Assembly: GCA_002104905.1 (NCBI GenBank)
Contig: MCFE01000080.1
Coordinates: forward strand, 116,152 to 180,151
From: Basidiobolus meristosporus CBS 931.73
Taxonomy: Eukaryota > Fungi > Basidiobolomycota
Direction of reading: 5' to 3'
Length of the DNA stretch: 64,000 bases
Shown here: positions 55,101 through 61,690 of the stretch, piece after piece
Numbering within the stretch: the stretch's first letter is position 1
Layout: each line of letters begins with the position of its first letter
Notes under the pieces: model-generated
What the model was told of the DNA's origin: nothing
What the model saw: the letters and a program-made list of their open reading frames with translations, nothing else
Database searches by the model: none
Position numbers and translations under genes: made by a program

Positions 55101-56610
55101 ATGAAGAGTAATCAGTTCGGAGAGAAGCGGCTGTGCACAATATTTGTATTGATTGTAATATTGGCTGGGTTCCTCGCCCTCTTTATTGCGTATCCTATTG
55201 TAAGCGAGATTCGCAAGACAAATGGCCTGATCGACTACAGCGACATCCCCAAAATCAATCGCGGTGGTAGAAATAGTTGGATAGACTATGACACTCCCAA
55301 GAGCGCTTATCACCACACCGCTCTTGATGGTAGCACCTACGATTTGGTTTTTTCAGACGAATTCGAGCAAGACGGGCGTTCATTTAAGCCTGGTGCCGAC
55401 AAGGCCTTCGAGGCGGTAAACCTTCATTACTGGGTTACTGGTGATAAGGAATGGTACCATCCAGATGCTGTCACCACTCGGGATGGTAAAATGGAAATCA
55501 CGATTACGAAGGAGGAGATCAACAATATGGAATACAAAAGTGGCATGGTCCAGTCGTGGAACAAATTCTGCTTTACTGGCGGCTACATAGAAAGTAATGG
55601 TATTTGACGATTGTTTGTCTAGCATCTCACTAACAGCAGATTCCATAGTAAATGTCTCTCTGCCCGGGGCTGGTGATGTTTCTGGGCTCTGGCCTGGCCT
55701 ATGGACCATGGGTAACCTAGGGCGAGCGTATGTATAGAAATCATGCTGAAACCTTATTAGAGCGTTATTGACAACAATCAATACTACTAGTGGTTACGGT
55801 GCTACAACTGAGGGTGTTTGGCCATACAGTTATGACAGCTGTGATGAGGGAGTTACATTGAACCAATCGATGCCTGTCGGCTTATCGGGATTGCCTGGTC
55901 AAAAACTCAACAAATGTGTCTGTCCCGGACAAGACCACCCCTCCCCTGGAAAAGGCCGCTCCGCTCCAGAAATTGATATCATTGAAGTGGTTGGTGGTTC
56001 CAGCAAAGGAACTCTGGCCGAAGCATCACAAACGCATCAAATTGCTCCATTCGATCCCGATAGAAAGATGAACACTGATTATAATACCATATATGATCAA
56101 TCCACCACCAAATACAACACATACACTGGAACCTTACTGCAGCAGTTTGCCTCAGCTCTTACCCAGGTCCCGTTAAATGTGTACGACGGGAAGGGATATC
56201 AAACATACGGCTTCGAATACGAACCCGGGCCGAATGGTTATGTAACCTGGGTCATGAACGGAGTACCAACATGGCGTTTGGACGCAAAAGCACTGGGTCC
56301 AAATCCTAAAAGCAAAGTTGCACAACGTCTTATTGCAGCCGAGCCGATGTATTTAATCATGAACTTGGGCTTGTCCGACGGGTTTTCCCCGATTCAGTAT
56401 GATAAGTTGGTGTTCCCCTCCATCATGCGTATTGATTACGTTCGTCTTTATCAGAATCCGAAGCGTATCAACATTGGATGCAATCCAGATGACTTCCCAA
56501 CCTCCAAGTACATCAACAAGCACTGGAACGCCTATAATAACCCTAATTTAACAACCTGGGCTCAAGCAGGCTACTCTGCTCCCCCATACAACTTAGACGG
56601 CTCTTGCTGA
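55101..56610 (+). CDS. KRE6: Beta-1,6-glucan synthesis protein, KRE6/SKN1 family (GH16), 3 exons
   Basis: TM, LVFSDEFEQDGRSF, YKSGMVQSWNKFCFTGG, GLWPGLWTMGNLGRA|GYGATTEGVWPYSYDSCD, RSAPEIDIIE, IMRIDYVRLYQ, CNPDDFPT. Confidence 0.93.
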
Positions 56611-57077
56611 GAAGTAATCGCTAACATCATAGTTTTCCATGTGTTGTATCCAAGTACTAGAGAGTAATGGTAAGCACTAATCCATACTTCACCTTGGAGA
56701 GTATTAGTCGTAGTTGCGTATGTACATATTGATCTGAAGTATTTCCCAGTCCCGTTTAACTAATAAACTTATAACATAACCTACGTGTACATGTGCTTAT
56801 TGCCATAAATAATCTTCGACTTTCCCTGCTATGGTATTGTTCGCCATATCAGATCAAGTTGATTATTATCCTAAATATGCAGTAGTAATAAGAGCTGTCG
56901 CCCGTATCAGGTGACTTTGTGTATGGTTATTTGGTATGGAATAATGCAATGATGATCTGATAGTTGAGTGCAATCTTGGATATGTACATGTCATTATTAT
57001 TGCGGCACACATGTTATATTTGGGGTGTGGGTGTTTTAGCAAGGGTTAGAAAAGGCTGGAAAAGGTTGGAAATTGTC

Positions 57078-57780
57078 TTAGGTGAGGGAAATTCACCAAG
57101 GTAGGTGAAATATTTATTTGAAAGATTTGAAAGATCAGATACGTCCAACTACAAATAACAAAGCCAACTGGGAATTTAAAGTTCCCATAGTACAAACTGT
57201 AGATATTTCTGATCAATATAATCCAAGACTGGAACCCAGCCTGGGATTAGGTGTAGTAGGAAAGGTGTGTGGACTTGTAAATAGCTCTGCCACATAGATC
57301 TTAGATGGTCCTGTGCCAGTAGTCTTGGTTTCTCAGCTTTTTGAAGTTGTGAAGCAAGCTCTGTTACTACAGCAGAGCCAACCAGGGTGTGCCAGCACAA
57401 AGATTTCAGGGAGGAGTTAGATTCAAGCCATTGTTTGATGGAGGGGTTATGTGATTTCTGAAGTTTCACTAGGAAGGAAGCATGGAGATAGACCATTTGG
57501 ATTTGGTATGGATAGAACCCAAAGGCTCCAATAGTTGCATGGATATAGGGAGATACTGAAAGATAAGGTACCAAGGATCTGATACACTGATGGAAAAATT
57601 TATCCTGGTGGTGTGGTGGTGTATAAGTCCAAACGGCAAAATACAGCCAACACTTCTCAAGTGTGTATGCGTGTGGCATGTTCACTGGGTGCAATAACCT
57701 CTGGCAAAAGCTTGCTAGGAGTACTGAGGCTTTTTTTCTAATCTAATATGAAGGGGGATAAAGCCTCAAGCTTGTCAAGG
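57078..57780 (-). mobile_element. Old, degenerate 3' fragment of the same non-LTR family as 60252-64000
   Basis: CIRSLVPYLSVSPYIHATIGAFGFYPYQIQMVYL..EKPRL..MWQSYLQVHTPFL aligns with CITSLVPHLPECPYRHAILGAFGFMPYKIRLLYL..EKPKL..LWQQYLQQHTPFM. The 3' end aaataaatatttcacctaccttggtga matches aaataaagattt(g/c)acctgttggt(g/a)a. Right boundary approximate. Confidence 0.85.
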
Positions 57781-58370
57781 GAAAACTATTGAGCTACAAT
57801 CCCCAACTTAGTTGGCGTCTTAACAAAAGCTCATAATGGCTTTAACATCCTTTGAGATGACAATGTACTAAAGCTTCCAAAGTCAAAACAACTGTAAACT
57901 CTACCAACAGTGACTTGATAAGAATGCAGCTTTGCCAATAGTTACAAAGACTGAAAAGTATCTTTGCCTGTACAAGAACAAACTTGGGAAAACAATCAAA
58001 TATAATAAAATATACCTACTCTGAGTATTCCTCACAAGTAGTGCCTCCAAGGTCAGTTGGCTGTCAGCATGGTTTCCTGGGAGTATTGTCAGGTCTGAGT
58101 CAGAAAGTAATGGTAATAGGTAGCAGTAATCTCACTAATCAATAAGTTGGAATATTGGAAGAGGGATGATTTATTTTTAAGGGATAGCCTCCCATAGGTA
58201 CTTTTTTGCTGCACAAATGCTTGCTAGAAAATACTTTCCAGAAGTTTCCAGAAGGTAGTAGACAGCCAATCATGTTGTTGTGTACTAAAAATAGCTCAAA
58301 TTCTTGGAGGATTGTACCATGAGACATAGAAGTACCTAGCCAATCAGATAGTTGTAATATGAAACCTCTG

Positions 58371-58683
58371 TGTCATGTAGTTACCTCATATGGTAGTAGG
58401 ATAGGAGGGTTATGAAACCAGGATGGTCATAGGACATAGGCACTGTTGGGGGTACTTGCCTTATATGGTAACTATCTTATCTTGGCAAGGAATAGGAATA
58501 GCTTGTGCAATGGGTTAATAGTGACAAATAGTTTGCCATGTCACATAATAATAATGCATAGATAGATAGAAAATATTGCAATTTGGGATGATACTAATAT
58601 AGGGGGGGGGTAATCCTTCTTAGGGAAGTGAATGTATTGGAATGAGCACATCTGCCTGTGGGTATCACTGTGACCCTATAACA
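58371..58683 (-). repeat. Putative 3' LTR of the Gypsy element
   Basis: Begins TGTTAT directly after a polypurine tract (caggggggtgga on minus, ~58684-58695) and plausibly ends ..ATGACA at 58371. No partner LTR in the window, so the left boundary is inferred. Confidence 0.6.
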
Positions 58684-60251
58684 TCCACCCCCCTGTCAGC
58701 TTTGAACTCAGGTCAAAGCAAACTAAACATGATGTGCAAAATTCCGGTGCTTAGATAGCTTAAGTCTGTTTCCTGCCACAGGTACTCTTAGCAGTGTTTC
58801 ATCAAGTTCAGACAAGTAGTAGCTTCCATTTCCAATCACCTTAGAGATAATAAATGGGCCAGACCACTTATTGTCAAATTTGCAACTCTGCTGTTTGTCT
58901 AGAGTAGAATCATAGAGCAATGCTGGATCTCCTTGCAGTAACAGCTTTGGTCTAAGGCTATGTGATTTGTCAAATGGTTCCTTGTTCTGAAGTATTGTCT
59001 CTTTGAGTTTAGCAGCTGCTCTGGTAATATCAAGTTCATGGTGATCAAGCTGTTTAATGCGTGTAGTCAGTAGTTCTTCTGTACTCATTGTAGTTCTCCA
59101 ATATAGCATGTTCCATGATGTTCAATCAAGCTCTACTGGGAGAATGCAGTTGTGTCCATAAAGCAATTTGAATGGAGATAGGTGTGTGCTGCACTTTGTA
59201 GTGATTCTATCTGCCCAGAGTGCTAGATGAAGTTGTCTAGACCACTGTAGTGTCATGTTCTTGCAGCTCTTGACTTGGGAGTTAACCCGTGGGCTATGGC
59301 CTCTTTCAACCATTCCATTGGCTTGTGGGTGATAGGCAGTGGTGAAAGAAATATGAATCTTGTATTGTGAGCAGAGTTCCTGGATCAAATCTGAAGTCAT
59401 TTCTCCTTGGTCAGCAACAAACTGGCTGATGCAGCCAAATCTGCATATTGTATCTCCAAGATTGAATCTCCATATTGTGTGGCTTTTGTTATTGGACAGA
59501 GCTCAAGCTTCTACCCATCCACTCAGATCATCTCTGGTAACAACTAGGTACTTCTTGGTTCCAGCAGTTGGCATGTGGACCAGGTCAATGCCAACCTTCT
59601 GTCATAGGCAAGGTGTGTAGGTTGGATGGAGTGGTTCCTCATATCTCTTGGTTGACCTTCTTTGGCAAATGTCACAAGATTCAACAAAGTGTTGGACATC
59701 ATGACACATATGCTCCCAGTAATGTCTACTGGAAACAATATTGTAAGTGGCATCTCTTCCTCTATGACCACCAGGTCTTCCTTCATGAAGGCTTGACATA
59801 ATAGTCAGTTGTTCCTGGGGCTCAACTATAACTCTCCTTGGTATCTGTCAAGGCTTTACTTGTTTCAAGAGGAGGCCATCCTTTATGTAGAAATAATGAG
59901 CCTTCTTCCTGGGTTTTCTGAAATCATATGGGCTCATTCCCGGTGGCTTCTCTAAGGTTCTCAGATAGTCTTGGATAATGTTCCACATAGTGTTGCTGGG
60001 CTTCTTCACATGTAGTTGTTGGATTTCTGCATCAATTATGTCATCAAAGTCAGGGTCCATATCTTCAGACAACTGTGGTCCCTTCCTGGAGAGTGCATTG
60101 GCCACAACATTTGTCTTGCCAGGGATATGTCTGACCTCAAAGTCAAACATTTTCAGCCATACCATCCATCAATTTGTGGCATCATCAGGTAGGTCAGGCT
60201 TGATGCTCATTCCTATAAGTGGCTTGGCATCTGTCTCCAGGATGAAATGTT
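58371..60251 (-). mobile_element. Degenerate Ty3/Gypsy LTR retrotransposon, 3' half only (RNase H C-terminus, integrase, PPT, LTR)
   Basis: HFILETDAKPL..N*W..FDFEVRHIPGKTNVVANALSR; HHCC motif HEGRPGGHRG..YW..CDICQRR; GIDLVHMP, DDLSGWVEA, TTAYHPQANGMVERGH; KFDNKWSGPF; stops and frameshifts. Confidence 0.92.
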
Positions 60252-61668
60252 GGGGGGAGACAGTCACCAACAGGTCAAATCTTTATTTCAGTTGAAACAA
60301 AGAAGCCAGCGCTACTGTTGTAGCTTTGATACAAGAGTGTGTAGCTGAGGGGAATTTGTAGGTAAGTTAATAAGAAGTGATGCTAGCTCTTCAGTTCTCA
60401 AGACACTGTTCAGTGGGAAGGGGGGTAGCAAGAGAGGTAAGAATGACTTGTGAACAACATTAATGAGGGGAATGTGATAAGGATTGATATTCATCATAAA
60501 AGGAGTGTGCTGCTGCAGATATTGCTGCCAAAGGTCTGTCAAGTACTTCAGGTAGGCCAGCTTGGGTTTTTCTGACTGCAGAATAAATTCAGCAAACTTC
60601 TTGACTTCAGGATCTCCAAGTATAGTTCTCCAGCAGGAGTCAGGTGTAGTGTGGTGTGTTCTCTTCCAGGCCTTAATCAGTAGGTAGTTGCAGTTGTGAA
60701 GTCTGAGGTATAATCTGGTTCTAAGGTAGAGAAGTCTGATCTTATAGGGCATAAACCCAAAAGCACCAAGAATAGCATGTCTGTAGGGGCATTCAGGCAA
60801 ATGAGGCACCAAGGAGGTAATGCACCATACTGCAAACCTGTCAAGCTTAGTGCAGTCTCTAGAAGTAAGTGAGAGAAGTGGTAAGCCAAATTCCAGGACA
60901 GGGAAGACAAACTGCTTGAGTAGAAGGAGGCAGCTGGGAGCTGAAGTTGTAGGAGGAGTAACAGCCAGTAGCTTGTGGAGTGCCTGTCTTGCCAGGATAA
61001 TTCTCTTCTTCAGGTGTGCTTCAGAGTCTAGTCCAGTAGGAAGGAAAGGAAAGCCAAGATATGTAGCAGAAACCTGAGCAGGTAGAGTGGAGTTCTCCAA
61101 GTTGATGGGAGAACCCAAAGGTACTGTCTTTGCAATGGAAAGCTGGAGATTATTCTTCTGCAGATACTGGTGGATGGTCTGGGAGTCTTGTTGCACATTG
61201 GAGGAGGATATTCTGATGTCATCAGCAAAGAGAGTAACCAGGCAGTCAGCTGAGAGTCTTGGGAAATCATTCAGGAAGATGGCAAACAGTATAGGACCAA
61301 GCACAGAGCCTTGAACCACTCCATTAGGAACTGAGAACACAGCTGATTGCTCACTTGGGTGCAGAATTCTTGCTTGTGGATCCAGAAACAGAGACCTGAC
61401 AAGGAGGGTGAGAGAGGTACTGGAGAAGCATTGCAACTTGGACCAAAGCAGATTTCTGTCAACTGAATCAAAGGCCTTAGTAATATCAAACAGAACTGAG
61501 GGATACTTGCACTGGAGAGAGTGATCTTGGCTAAGTATGACTGCATATTCCAAGGAGAGGCCAGGAACAAAGCCAAACTGTGCAGGATGAAACTTGAGGG
61601 AGTCAGAGTAGAGCTCCTGAGCAAGCAGAAGCTCAAACACCTTTCTGCAGGTGGGCAGCAGAGATATT
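60252..61668 (-). mobile_element. Non-LTR retrotransposon copy 1, 5'-truncated inside the RT domain
   Basis: ~99% identical to copy 2 over its length; breaks off at ...gagatatt; its 3' end is ...AATAAA...CTGTCTCCCCCC on the minus strand. Confidence 0.95.
60312..61640 (-). CDS. Truncated reverse transcriptase ORF of copy 1 (frame uninterrupted)
   Basis: QFGFVPGLS, FDITKAFDSVDR, GVVQGSVLGPILFAIFLND, LFADDI, TYLGFPF. Confidence 0.85.
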   Translation of the reverse strand: MFELLLAQELYSDSLKFHPAQFGFVPGLSLEYAVILSQDHSLQCKYPSVLFDITKAFDSVDRNLLWSKLQCFSSTSLTLLVRSLFLDPQARILHPSEQSAVFSVPNGVVQGSVLGPILFAIFLNDFPRLSADCLVTLFADDIRISSSNVQQDSQTIHQYLQKNNLQLSIAKTVPLGSPINLENSTLPAQVSATYLGFPFLPTGLDSEAHLKKRIILARQALHKLLAVTPPTTSAPSCLLLLKQFVFPVLEFGLPLLSLTSRDCTKLDRFAVWCITSLVPHLPECPYRHAILGAFGFMPYKIRLLYLRTRLYLRLHNCNYLLIKAWKRTHHTTPDSCWRTILGDPEVKKFAEFILQSEKPKLAYLKYLTDLWQQYLQQHTPFMMNINPYHIPLINVVHKSFLPLLLPPFPLNSVLRTEELASLLINLPTNSPQLHTLVSKLQQ

Positions 61669-61690
61669 AGGGTTAGGGTTAGGGTTAGGG
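61667..61690 (+). repeat. Telomeric repeat (TTAGGG)4 between the two retroelement copies
   Basis: gagata-ttagggttagggttagggttaggg-ggggagacag: four perfect units, G-rich strand on plus. Confidence 0.95.
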
